Assembly: GCF_022539665.2 (NCBI RefSeq)
Contig: NC_081333.1
Coordinates: 3,534,001-3,598,000 of the forward strand
Reading direction: 5' to 3'
Source of the DNA: Daphnia carinata
Taxonomy: Eukaryota
DNA length: 64,000 bases
Shown here: positions 1 through 11,644 of the stretch, piece by piece
Numbering within the stretch: position 1 is the first letter of the stretch
How the letters are laid out: every line of letters begins with the position of its first letter
Position numbers and translations under genes: made by a program
Notes under the pieces: model-generated
Told to the model about the DNA's origin: nothing
The model's input: the letters and a program-made list of their open reading frames with translations, nothing else
The model's database searches: none

Positions 1-106
1 GCTGCAAGCTCTCCACATGGCTGTTCCATCGCAAACGCAGGACACTGTCGTCCTCTGTCGATCCTCCCCCTTCATCCCGGTTGTTGCTGGTGGCCTGATG
101 GGCCAT
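1..106 (-). CDS. N-terminus of a Tramtrack/Broad/Lola-group BTB/POZ domain protein; runs off the left edge of the window
   Basis: ATG at 106 in gccgccATGG context with an in-frame upstream stop. Translates MAHQATSNNRDEGGGSTEDDSVLRLRWNSHVESLQ; the LRWNxH motif opens ttk-type BTB domains. A 5'UTR splice acceptor (ttctgcag) lies near 371. Not in the ORF track. Confidence 0.75.
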   Translation of the reverse strand, partial: MAHQATSNNRDEGGGSTEDDSVLRLRWNSHVESLQ

Positions 107-1163
107 GGCGGCTGCCTGATCCTTGTAGCTGGTCCAATGAAGCTGGCCAAGGATCCGGGCTGCATGTGGCGTGAGGAAGTAAACCTCTTGTTCCTTTTTT
201 CCTTCCTCTTGTCCGATAGGTCAGACAAAATCTGCACCAGAATCTAGATATTTCACTGAAAAAATCCACTATTCTTCGGGAAAACGTCTTTCAGAGCAAA
301 ACTGTTCTTTTTTTCAAATTTGGCTTTTGTTGACGTCGAGCGTTACACCATCTGTGAGGCTGAACTGCAACTGCAGAATCGAGAAAAACAAACGAAATCA
401 ATAGAATTCTCTAAAACACCGGTTCCAAAAACGCACGCTATTTCGTCGCACTATTACTTAATGATGTTAAATCAAACTTGAGCGTTGCATAGCGTGAAAG
501 GCTTAACACTTAAACTGTGGAACGTGAGGAAGGATGTGAACGGCATGGCGTCTTGACCGACAGTGACCTAGTGAGATCACCGACATGGAAGTTTTAACTC
601 TTTTTTTCCCTTTAGTCTTCTCTTAGTGTGTACAATATTTTAATAATCAAAAAAAAGAAAATCATCCCTTCCCTCCTTCGACACGACTATCCAGTTTTCA
701 CGTTCTCCCCTCCCAAGTCTCCTTTCACGAGACGATTTCCAACCCCCCCCAGCTTTTCCCACTACTCCCCCTTTTCGTCCCCCCCCCCTACCCCGAACGT
801 CTGACTCCGCCTACTCGGGAGAAACACGAAGGAAACTCAAAATGCCCCCTTCAGGGTCTCTGAGTAACATACACACACACTCACACAAAAAGTTTTTTTT
901 TATGACGTTTCGAAGAGAGATGGTGGGGAGGCTAAAGAAAACCCCACATTTTAACGACGTTTTCTGTACAACCTGAACGAGTTTTTTGTTGTTGTTGTTC
1001 GCATGCGGTAATCTTCAGCAAAGATTTTCGGCGGGCGAGTAATAAAATGAAACCACCCCATTTTTTTGTGTGTCTACCTGTTGCTGTCTTTCCGTTAACG
1101 TTGCAAAAAGAAAAAGGGAAAAAAATCCCTGCCAATATTTTTTTCATTTCAATGGAGCAATTG

Positions 1164-1182
1164 ATGGCCGCCGCTAGATGGC
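1164..1182 (+). promoter_or_regulatory. CTCF-like motif ATGGCCGCCGCTAGATGGC
   Basis: Core CCGCTAGATGGC fits the CTCF consensus CCASYAGRKGGC with one mismatch. An exact inverted copy lies at 7317-7335. Confidence 0.5.
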
Positions 1183-4100
1183 TGCACGCGTCTAGGGAGA
1201 ACGTTAAAAACTACCTGCTGCTGCTACTGGCAACAGCGCTTTTCGTTTTCATGTTTTGTATGAGATTGGGGGGGAAAAGTAATCGAGATCGAACTGGTAA
1301 TTTGAAAAATAACGAATCATCTGTTGTCTTTTGAAATATAAAATAATTAAATTTGAACAAAAAACTGGAATCAACTTACAGAAACATGTGTGGTAAATTA
1401 TCCCAAAAAGCGCCAACACACACACTGCACACACACACTCTGGCGGCGTTAAACTCGGAAACGAGGGGTGACGGTGGCTAACATTTTCTTTTTCGAAAAA
1501 ACAAAAACCACCACGATTTCTCTCAATCTCACGCCGGTTCTCCCTCAAATCGTATTCCACAGAAGACTTTTTTTTTTAGTTAAAGAAATTGATTTCGTGT
1601 AAAAACTTTAAAAAAAAGCAAATCAAAATTTTGTTCAGGGGTATAGAGGGGGTTGCAGACAACCGAGGGATGTCCCTGCTGCCCACAGACTGAACGTTCA
1701 GAAGAACCCTGTGAGACTTGAACGTTAAAACCCGCATCCACACACACACACACAGACACACACACACACACGGTTAGGGGTCGCTGCACCCTTCGCCGCC
1801 TTGGCAACTCCCCCTCGTCTCCCCCCTAACTCTATACTACACAACTATACGTAATTTAAACCCCCCTCCTCCCTGACTAACACACACACACACTCCCCCA
1901 TTTTTTCCCCCTCTGTTTCCCTGGAGGGGGAGGAGCATCTCCCCTCATGTGTGTGTGTGTGTCCATTGGTTGGTGATCGAGTACACACCCGTTCCTTCCC
2001 CTTAAAAAACCTTTTTTGCTCTCTCTCACTCTCCCGAACCGACGGACGGTTATTTTTCTTTTAGAAGAAGTAAAATATTTCATAAAAAAAAAAAAAAGAA
2101 AGAAAGAAAAAAAAAATGGAGGATAGAATAGGAAAACCGACCAGGGGGACGACCCCCCTCGAATGTTGCTCATGTGTATATATAAAAGGGAGGGGATGGG
2201 AGTGCACACACTGGTGGGGGGTGTGGAGAAAAGAAAAGAGAAGTTGGAGCTTTTCTATATCACACGGTCGCCATGACGACACCCCCACTCCTCCTCCTCT
2301 CATCCTCTATGTAGAGGAGAAAAAAAGATAAGGACCCGAACGAAGGGCAGCAACACACGCAGACAAAACTGGCCAGTCGGAGGATGAGTACAAAAAAAAA
2401 TCAAAATCAAAAAGGTTTTAAATTAAAAAACAAAAATCGTGACTAGTGAAAAAAAAATTTATTTTTTTTTTATTTTTTTTTTTTTCAGGTGATTTTTTTT
2501 TTGAATGAAGGGCTAAACCGAAGATGAATTTGAATAATATCGGGACAGTTTTCACGTTGAAAAACAAAAGTCGAATGGTTTTGAACGTGAAGCTTCAAAC
2601 TCGAAGGGGGGTAAGAAGAAAAAAAAAAGAGGCGAATAGACGTGACAAAGGGGAAAAAGCTGATAACTCGGGAGGAAGGAAGAGGGGGGAGGGGAATAAC
2701 AAGGGAAAAGAGAGAGAAGAAAAAAAAGAGGGGAAGGGAGGGATATGTTATAAATGAACGCGGGACTGGGAAAATGGGCGGCGGCGACGGCGGGAGTCCA
2801 TCAGGAACACACACAAAAATGTATATACCTTTTCACGCTGGATTGGTCGTAATCAAACTTAAAGTTAATATAAGATTTAACCAGGGGGGTCACGCTCCGT
2901 GGGGGAAAATCTCGTTTTTCTTTTTTTGTAACATTTTTGAAAAGAAGAAGAAGAAAAGGGTCACGTGACATTGACGTTCTATTCCACCGTGGGGGGATCC
3001 ATACGTCGGGGGGTCTCTATTTTCTCCCATATATAGAGAGCGCAACAACAACAACAAAACATGGCGGATATAGCCAGCAAAAAAAAAAAAAAAATAAATT
3101 CCATTGAATAACAGGTGAATAAATTCTCGTCTGTATAGCATAAGGATGTAATATTTATCCTTTTGTATGTTAAGGTCCCTCTCTTTTTTTTTATTATGTA
3201 TAGGACTTATGTACAGGTGCACCCCACCCTCGGTATCATATAAGAGACATGGAGGGGAAGCTTCTATAGATAATCCCATCATCATCATTTCCCCCTTCCA
3301 AAATATAAAGAATTAGTCCTACGCGTTCCGATTCGACTTTCTTTCTTTTTCATTTAAATTTTATTGAGAACTTATTCATTTTTTAAAATCATCTGTTTCA
3401 GTTTCACATCCACCGCAAAAAAAAAGAAAATTCTATTCTTTTTGCCAATTGAAATGTCCTTTACTTATTTTGATCCGCTTCGCCGCTTTGTGGGGATTAG
3501 TGTGTAAGACAACCACTAATCCGGTATTAGCATCGACTTAACAGATTAAAGTTTGCAAACCTTTTTTCTTCTTTTCTTTTGACGGAATAATTTTATTCTA
3601 TGAAATACCGGCATGTTTTCTCTCTAAACGACATACATTCTTTTTTTTTAGGTTATGGAAAAAGGCAATGTGCGTGTAGGGTGTTGTGTCGTGCACAATA
3701 TGGCGGAAATGTGCAGGTGAAGCATAAACAATTTTTTTAAAGAAAAAAGCGAACAGGTTGATACGAACGTCGACTTCTTTTTTTTTCATTTCCTTCACGT
3801 CATCACGAAAAAAAAAACCGAGGATTTTTTTTTACCCATTTCTTGAGGGGGTGTGTGTATTAACGCCGCTTGCGTCCCCCACATAACTTCCCCCCTCGAG
3901 CAGCTGGTTCAATAATCACTCTCTTCCCCCCCCCCCCCTTACTCTTCTTCGTCTTTTCCTACACCCCCCGACCGGTCGTTAAAATTTTTTTTCTCTTTTT
4001 TTTTTTTTGTTTTCTTCCGTGAGAAAAGAGTGGGGTGGATCAAGAGATGGGGTGGGGCCAGACAGACATTATCCTTATATGTGTGTGTGTTAAAAAAAAA

Positions 4101-7100
4101 AGGGGGATGAGAGACAGGATGGTGTGGTAGAAAAATGTCTAGTCGTTCAGAGTTTTTCTTTTCTTTGCTTTCGAGTGCTCTATGATTTTGAAAATGAAAT
4201 TTTTCCCGCGGCTCTCAGCGACACCCGGTGGCGGTCGATTGAACCATGCGTTTTCCCGAACGACCTTGTTCCACTTTTTTTTTTCTAAAGAGGGGAGAAA
4301 AACTTTCGTCAGACGTAACGATATGATAAAGAAAAAAATGTTAAAGAATTTTTCGAGCAATTAAATAAAAGGGAAATTCAAAATACAGAAAATGCTTACA
4401 AAGTTCTCTTTAGAGAGCAGGTTGTGTTAACTTGCACTTTCGATTTCCCATCGTCCTTTTTGATTTTTAGCCCGCGCTAAAATCGCCTAAGGCTTTCATT
4501 GCGCGAATCCCTTAAACATTTCCTGAAAATTGGAAATGATGTGGGTGTAAAAAAAAAATACTTAAAAGTTACGTGTGTGTATGTGAGTGTTAACTCAGAG
4601 AATGGTAAAGAAGATGGGCGGTACCCCAAACGAGTTTTTCAAGCGGGGGGGGGGGGGGGGGGATATTTTTTGTGTGTGTGCTCAAAAAGACGATATTTAA
4701 AAAAAAAAACTAGAAAAAAAATTTAAAGAAAAATCAAGAGGGGTCATACTGACACACACACACACACACGAAGATATCTTGCTCACCCCCCTAGCCTTCC
4801 ACATACACAAAAATGAGTCCAATATATTTTTCTTCCTTATAATATGAATACGTACAGTATTTGTATTTTATTTTATAAATTTTTTAAAAAGGGGGAGAGT
4901 TACAATGACGTCCAGTAGAAATAGTGTGGGGTGAAGTTAAATATTTAAAATGGAAGGGGATCTACAGTGTGAGTGCGGGGGGGGGGGATAGACTTTTTTG
5001 CGCCCCCAGGACTGGCATTAGTACATAAATAGGAGCACAATTATGATTATTATACCATGATTAGCCGTTATTTTTTTTATTGTTTTCCTTTTAATATTCA
5101 AAAAATTGGATTCGATTAGAGTTCTTACTTTTTATTTAACGAAAATTTATTTGAATTTGCATTTAAATATAGTAGAAAGATGAATTTCCGTTTGAAAACA
5201 AAAACCTTTCCAAAGCAACGAATAAATAATAATATTAATAATATAATACATCTGGCTCTACGTCGTCTTTCAAATTCTTTTTTTCTTTCTACATTCCGTT
5301 ACGTAAAAAAAAAAAAAAAAAAAAAAAAGAAGAGTCCATCGATCAAACGTTTTTTTTTCCATATGTGTTGTTGTCGCTTTTGTTGAAATCGTTGCTGGTG
5401 AATGCTAGTTATTTCTCTTTGAAAATACAATCCTCGTACATATATATTCATTCTTTAAATATTACGTGTGTTATATCTCTACTTACTAATTATCTCTCCC
5501 TCGTTTACGATTATTGATGAATTTGGCTTACGAGAGGATGATGTCGTGTTTTTTAAACGTTCGAGAAAAGTGAATTAGTTTTAAAATAAAAATAAAACGG
5601 GAATAATATTTGTATGATATATTCAAATGCGCTTTTATAGGCAATCACGAATATTCACGAAAATTCTTTCTTTCTTTGGAGAATTTATTTTTGGAAAAGA
5701 ATTTCGTGTGTGTCGGTGTTTTTACATGATCGCCGTGAAAATCGAAGTCGGATCATTTTTACTTCGTGTTTGCGCCCATTTAAATATCTAGGAAATAATT
5801 TTTTTGTTTTCTCTTTGACCGACAAAGGAACTCGACCGAAAATTTCTCGGTTCACTTTATGATATTTTTTGTTTCACCCCTGTCTGTTGTTTTCCCATTT
5901 CACGTAAAAACTAAAAAAAAAAAAACAGAAAACGCAGTACGTGTTTGTTGTCTAGCATCGAAATTCTTTTTTCTTTAAAGTCTCTGTGAGAACCGTGAAG
6001 ACATAAATTTTCAAATCCCGACCCCCGCACATGTATACGAGGACGAACGCCAACAAAATAATGGAGCTGGATGGGGGGTGAGAAAGGGGGGGGGGAACAT
6101 TTTGTTGAGTTCGTTCACCCCTTTTTTTTTTCTTCTTCTTTTCCATCAAATAAACGTATATATTTTTTGAATAATCTAACCCCTCAGCAAAACCAACCCC
6201 TCCCGTTATTCCCCCCCCCCCCTCAAATGTGTATATATATATTTTTGAATTCATTTCTATAGAGAAAAAATGTGTATTGTATAACCTACATTACGTCAAG
6301 TGTCGGAGGGGGAGATATGGACGGATATCCTCTACCATTTTTCAGAAATGAAAAAAAATTATCGATCGTTCCCATCCGGTAAATATTTAAAGTCATTTGA
6401 AAAATGATAAAATTGAAAGATTCAAAACTTGTAAGTATTTTAAAAGGTAAAATCTACTTCTAGAGACGAGGTCGATTGTGCCTCAAAGATGAATTTTTTT
6501 TTTGTTCAACTTTATGTATAGGGAAATCAAAGGGGTTCCGGGGTTGTATCAAAAGGATAGATTGTGAATTAGGTCAGTTGGTTATTTGAATATCAAATGG
6601 AATTTTTTTTTTTTTTTTTTCGTCTTCTTTCTTTTGTATATGTGGGGTATCTTTCTATACCGACACAGATTCTTCAGGGTTGGAGAAATCAGAAAGAAAA
6701 ACGATGAGGGGTAGAAAAAGATGGTCGAGTGTGATAGAGCGTTCTTTTCTCGAGTTTTTAACCCTTAGACAACAACAACAACAAAAAGTAAAAAGGGTTA
6801 TAGATAGGAACCGTTTTTTTTTCTTTCTCCATTCTTCTCTTCAACCACATATGGTCAAAAAAAGGAAAGAGAATGATAGTCATGTCGTTCCATCCCTCCC
6901 ATTTCCCAACTCGTTTCTTCAACTCCATCAACAGTTTCCATCTTATTTCACCATTTCTCGTCAAATGTAAAATCATTTCAACGTGTAAAAAAAAAAAACA
7001 ATAATACTTTCATTAAAATCATTCAGAGCATTTCAAGTCGACAGGTTCGTTTCCCGCCAAAAAAAATTCAAACATTGTTAAAATTATTGACGTGTTTAAA

Positions 7101-7316
7101 GGATTTCGTGTTATGCGATCGCCGTGAGTTGTAACGAAAAAAGACTTCGATGACGTATGGGTGAAGCAAATCATGAAAATATTTTACAATTTAAAAAAGA
7201 ACTTGTTGGAAAGAAAGGGAATATCTTTAAGAAGCATCCCCCCACCTAATGTCTACAGGTGTGCATCTTTGACTGTCTGTACAACCGGCGTATATAATAT
7301 ACCTGTCCAGAGCAAT

Positions 7317-7335
7317 GCCATCTAGCGGCGGCCAT
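7317..7335 (-). promoter_or_regulatory. CTCF-like motif, exact reverse complement of 1164-1182
   Basis: GCCATCTAGCGGCGGCCAT on the plus strand. Confidence 0.5.
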
Positions 7336-9257
7336 TTGTTTACATTTTTTAAAAGCACTTTATTGTTTGTTGTTATTTCTCCTTTTTTTTCTTTTAATTC
7401 TTTTTTGTCTTCTCCCCAGAAACTGAAAATGTCGACGACAATGTCCGTAAGAGAGAAATTCACGCCCACAAAATGTTGTCCTTTTTTTTTTCCTTCTCTT
7501 TCTACCCCCCGAAGCTCTTAGCTCACTCAGCCGGACAGGGAGCTTCTTTTTTTTTAATGTTAGCTTCTCTCGCTAGAGAAAGAAAGACACACACACACAA
7601 AAAAAAAGGGGCCTCGTACAATGTACTTTGCTTGATTTTAAATAGTAATAAAGCGTCGTGTAGAAGCAACACGAATATTAATAAACGCGTGCGCGAAATA
7701 ATCGGAAAACAATAATCAATCGGGAGAGAATTCTACCAAAAATAATGAAGAAAATAAATAAATGAAAAAGAAAGAGGGATAAAAAAAAAACGAGATTACT
7801 TAAAAAAAAAAAAAAAAGGGAGGGCTCTGTATAGTTCCAGGAAGTGGTTTTATTTTTACAGCCGAAGCGCAACCGGGTTCCCGAAAATTCACGTCCGGAA
7901 TGAAAAATAAAAAAGAACCTCCTCGACTGGTTTTTTTGATAACCAACACAACAACAGACGCAGACACTGGAGTATTTATTATTTCGGGTCGAAATGTTAT
8001 AAGAAAATATCGGGAAGACGAGAAGAAGAAAAAAAAAAAAAAAAAAGAGGAACAGAATTAACATAAAAGTCTCGTATGTGTTAAGAATCTCAGTGGGGGG
8101 GGGGGGGGTTTGGGTGGAAGGGGGGGGGGGGACCAGACGTTGCACACAGCCCGAAGAACTCGTTTAAGAGAGTAAGAAAAAAAAAAGTAGTGAGGAACCT
8201 TTGCGAGCTTAGAGCAGCACTCCCCCCCTTTCTATCCTTCCCTTTTAGTATTTTTTGTTTTCTTTAAAAATAAAATAAAATAAAATAAAATAAAGAATAT
8301 ACACTAAAACATTTTTTTCAAGAATAAAAGGAGGGCTACAGACAGTTGCTGTTGGATGGCCCTGAAGCGGTATGCGGCGCTTCAGCTCCGGCCAACAAAT
8401 AATAAGACTGCTGCATTTTTACAATAATAATGAATTCTTTTCAAATGGTATTCACATTTTTTCCGTAAATGTTGGTCAACTGATTTCGATAGCCGAGTTG
8501 AAGCAAAAAAAAATCTGGATTTTGTCTACTCCCGAAAGGTAAAAAAAGTGGTTCCCGATATTTAAAGTAGAACTGATGTTTTCGCTGTTGCGTTGGTAAA
8601 GGGTTAAAATGGTGGGGGAGAATTTGAAAAAAAAAAGGAAGTGGGGTGACTGAACGCCACCCACTCTTTTTTCTTCTTCTCTATATTTCCCCCCTTCACT
8701 GCCAACCCCTTTCATCTTACCAGGACTGGAATGGAGTTAAGAGATTGCCGAAAGGGATCGTGAAGATGGCAGCACTATATTTATACACACGGGAGATTTT
8801 TGTCTTCTTTTTCTTTTAAAAGCTAAACAACATTCTATCGTTTTTCTTTCTCCCGCTCCCCCCTCTCGTTTCGTCCTTTTTTTTTTGTTGCACGCCATTC
8901 CTAAACAAACGGACCGCGTGCTCTTTCTTTAACAGACAACTCCCCCCATCTTCTCCATTTTGAGAAGAAAAAAAAAGAAAAGTTTTTTTTTCTTCTTCAG
9001 AATGAAGACAAAAAAAGTAAATAAAGTTTGGAATCCTTTTCAAGAGTTTCTTTTACAATCTGTCACCCCATCTTCCTTCCTTCCTGAAATGACTTCTCTC
9101 ACCTGTGTGTAACATGTTTAAGAATTTTACGCTGAATATTTCAAGAGCTTTAAACTTAGGTAGTCATGAAATGCTAAATTTTGCAAGGAACTTGTTTTGA
9201 TTCTACTCGTTTCTTTAAATATCAAAATTAGGATACAAGGAATAAAGTAATGATTGG

Positions 9258-9824
9258 TTACGTGCTTGGGCTTGTACTCTGCATTGCTAATTGGGTCTGT
9301 GCAATGTCATGTAGGGCATTCTGAATCTTCTCTAGCATTAGTTCTCCCTCGCTCACAACCTCCCTAAGTCGTGCAGCAGCATCCTCATTTCCCTCCTCCA
9401 ATCTTCTGAGGCTTGCAATCTGCAATCAAATAACAAATGTTACCCATTATTCGATAAATATTATTACGTCTCATTCATAAAGCTCAGTCATACTTGTAGC
9501 TCTGTGGTTGAGTCTTCACTGGGTAAAGAATCGATAAGGACGTCGATATCTTTTGCACAACGTGCAATTAATGTGGCAAAAAGTGAAGCGTGATCTTCTT
9601 GTTGTTGCTGTGGTGTTCGGTTGCCGGCCCGATCGAAGCCAGGGAAAGTTGCCGGTGGGGCAGTTTGTTGCAAGATCCCGATTGCATTGCAAAAATTATC
9701 GGCTTGCTACAACCACGAATTGAACAAGGAAAAAGAGCTGTTATTAAAACACGATTCCTTAAATGCAATTTGCAATAATTACCGCATTAATCGCGTCTTG
9801 TAGTTGTGTCAAACGATCAGCCAT
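9258..9824 (-). CDS. MED21: Mediator of RNA polymerase II transcription subunit 21 (Srb7), 138 aa, 3 exons
   Basis: Exons 9783-9824, 9494-9706 and 9258-9419 with GT-AG introns. Protein [28 protein letters not shown]...[39 protein letters not shown]...[13 protein letters not shown], a clear MED21 signature. Confidence 0.97.
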
Positions 9825-9858
9825 TGTCGACGGAACTTTACGAAATTGTCAATGCCAA

Positions 9859-9870
9859 CGCCACCTAGTG
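9859..9870 (-). promoter_or_regulatory. CTCF-like motif just upstream of the MED21 ATG
   Basis: CACTAGGTGGCG on the minus strand, in the 227-nt gap between the Nudix stop codon and the MED21 start. Confidence 0.35.
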
Positions 9871-10051
9871 ATGAACAAATTAAACAACTGTAATGTTGAC
9901 CTGTATTCAACAGAACAGGAGCATACATTTACATTAAACTGTGCAGTTTTTAATTTCCTATTTGCATAATTGTAGGACTAATTGTTCCAACAAGCAAAAC
10001 TAAGAATTTTATAGTCTCAAGTACTAAATGTTGCGACGCCCAATTTTGAAC

Positions 10052-11202
10052 CTATGGCAGTTGAAATTTGCGTTCCCCATCGACTAAGTAAATTTGGCTA
10101 TTGCTATTGGTCAACTGATGGATTGATTCGAGACAACCAATCGCTGAGGCAGGGTTATTCACATTGGTAATCGCCATTAGCTGGTTAGCAAAAATTTTGC
10201 CCACCTCGAAAGCCAGTGGATGAGTCGCATAATCGGTCAACTTGTACACCCAAGGCAAATTCAAATTAAATTATTTTTATTTGCTGCAAATATATAGTTG
10301 CGACTGAAGCTTACCGGCATCCAACAGGCACTTTTGAGCTCACGAGGGCATATTTTGATTTCCGTTCCTTCAATGGGTCTGAGATATGCTACAAAATAGA
10401 TGTCAGAACAGCCATATCTTGCACTGGGATTTTTCTCTATTGGTTGGAGGTGACGAACCGCAACAAGCGACATGAATTCGGTCTTTATACCAGTTTCCTC
10501 AAAAACCTCTCTTCGGACAGCAGTTGCTATGCTCTCACCTGTAAGTCAATGACTGTATACCATCTTGATAAAAAAAATCTCTTTTGGCAAAGGTATAAAT
10601 TACCTGGATCCACATAACCACCTGGAAGTTTCCAATGTGGTCGTTGATAATACTTCTCCTGGACTACAAGAATTTCATTTTTGTCATTAACAACCATGGC
10701 CCCTGCACCAACCATTGTATGTGCATAGCCAGGTACTTGGCAAGGTTCATCAGATGGCAACCATTTGAGCAAGACACTCAACTCTGGATTTGCATGATGA
10801 AAAGAAAAGCCATTCTACAGAAAACCATGAAATATTTGATTAGGATTTAACCAGAACATTTTTAGGCCTCACTAAACTACCTGGATCAGCACAGGAATCC
10901 ATTCCGAAAAGGCAGGTTCTACTTCAAACCACACACCCCTCACACCATTAGAAGTCCAAGCTTGCAGAGATTCTGTTTATTATGCTTATATGAAACATCT
11001 GATTTAAAATGAACTGTTGTATGTTTAACGTACCTTTTAGAAGCTGTTCCATTTTGCCCCTTTCGTGCGGCTCCTGGTTTGATCGAACAATGATTCCTCC
11101 AAAAAGATCTTTAACGCCTTGGAATGTCGACATTTTCCTAACAATTGATTTGGTTTTGACGAGAGCGCTCTTCAATAAATGAAGAGCAGTGGTAGCATTC
11201 AT
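10052..11202 (-). CDS. NUDT6: Nudix hydrolase, NUDT6/plant NUDT2-8-like, ~294 aa, 5 exons
   Basis: Exons 11034-11202, 10881-10972, 10604-10814, 10315-10538 and 10052-10240; phases are consistent. N-domain motifs DLFGGIIV, RGVWF, GFSFHHA and PGYAHTMVGAGAMVVN. Nudix box WKLPGGYVDPGESIATAVRREVFEETGI and the GCSDIYF motif are present. Confidence 0.92.
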
Positions 11203-11631
11203 AACAACCGTTCAATAAATATGTCATCACGCCCTATCTCTTCATCTAAACAGTATGATATAGTCTTACGGTTAGCAGCAGGAGATATAGTCCAACGACA
11301 TCGTATAATATTTATGTTGACATCGTTGGGCAACTTTTTATGTCCCGTGAACCCGAGTTGCCACACATTTTCTCTCTCTTATTTCTCTTTTTTATTTTAT
11401 TTTCACGCGTCTTTTAAAAATCTTAGTTGTTCTTCAAACAATCTTTATGGGCGCCAAAAATTTTTACGCGTACTAAGTAAAGCAGTATGAGGAAAAAAAA
11501 AACAAAATACACGAGATTATGTAAACAACGCAATCGATTTATTCTAATGTGTGCGCGATAACTGAAAATCAGAATCTTGCACAATATCGATGTATCTCTT
11601 GCTTAATAAAAAGCTCCCGACTAGCACTACT

Positions 11632-11644
11632 GCCGCTAGATGGC
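11632..11644 (+). promoter_or_regulatory. CTCF-like motif upstream of the Nudix gene, with a nearby DRE-like TATCGAT at 11585
   Basis: GCCGCTAGATGGC, the same 13-nt core as the sites at 1170 and 7317. Confidence 0.4.

Noticed and set aside
600..9100. Many 60-155 aa ORFs rich in K, F, G and CV (similar ones at 14-27 kb and 43-57 kb)
   Set aside because: They are translations of poly-A/T/G and (CA)n tracts, with no domains or consistent exon structure.
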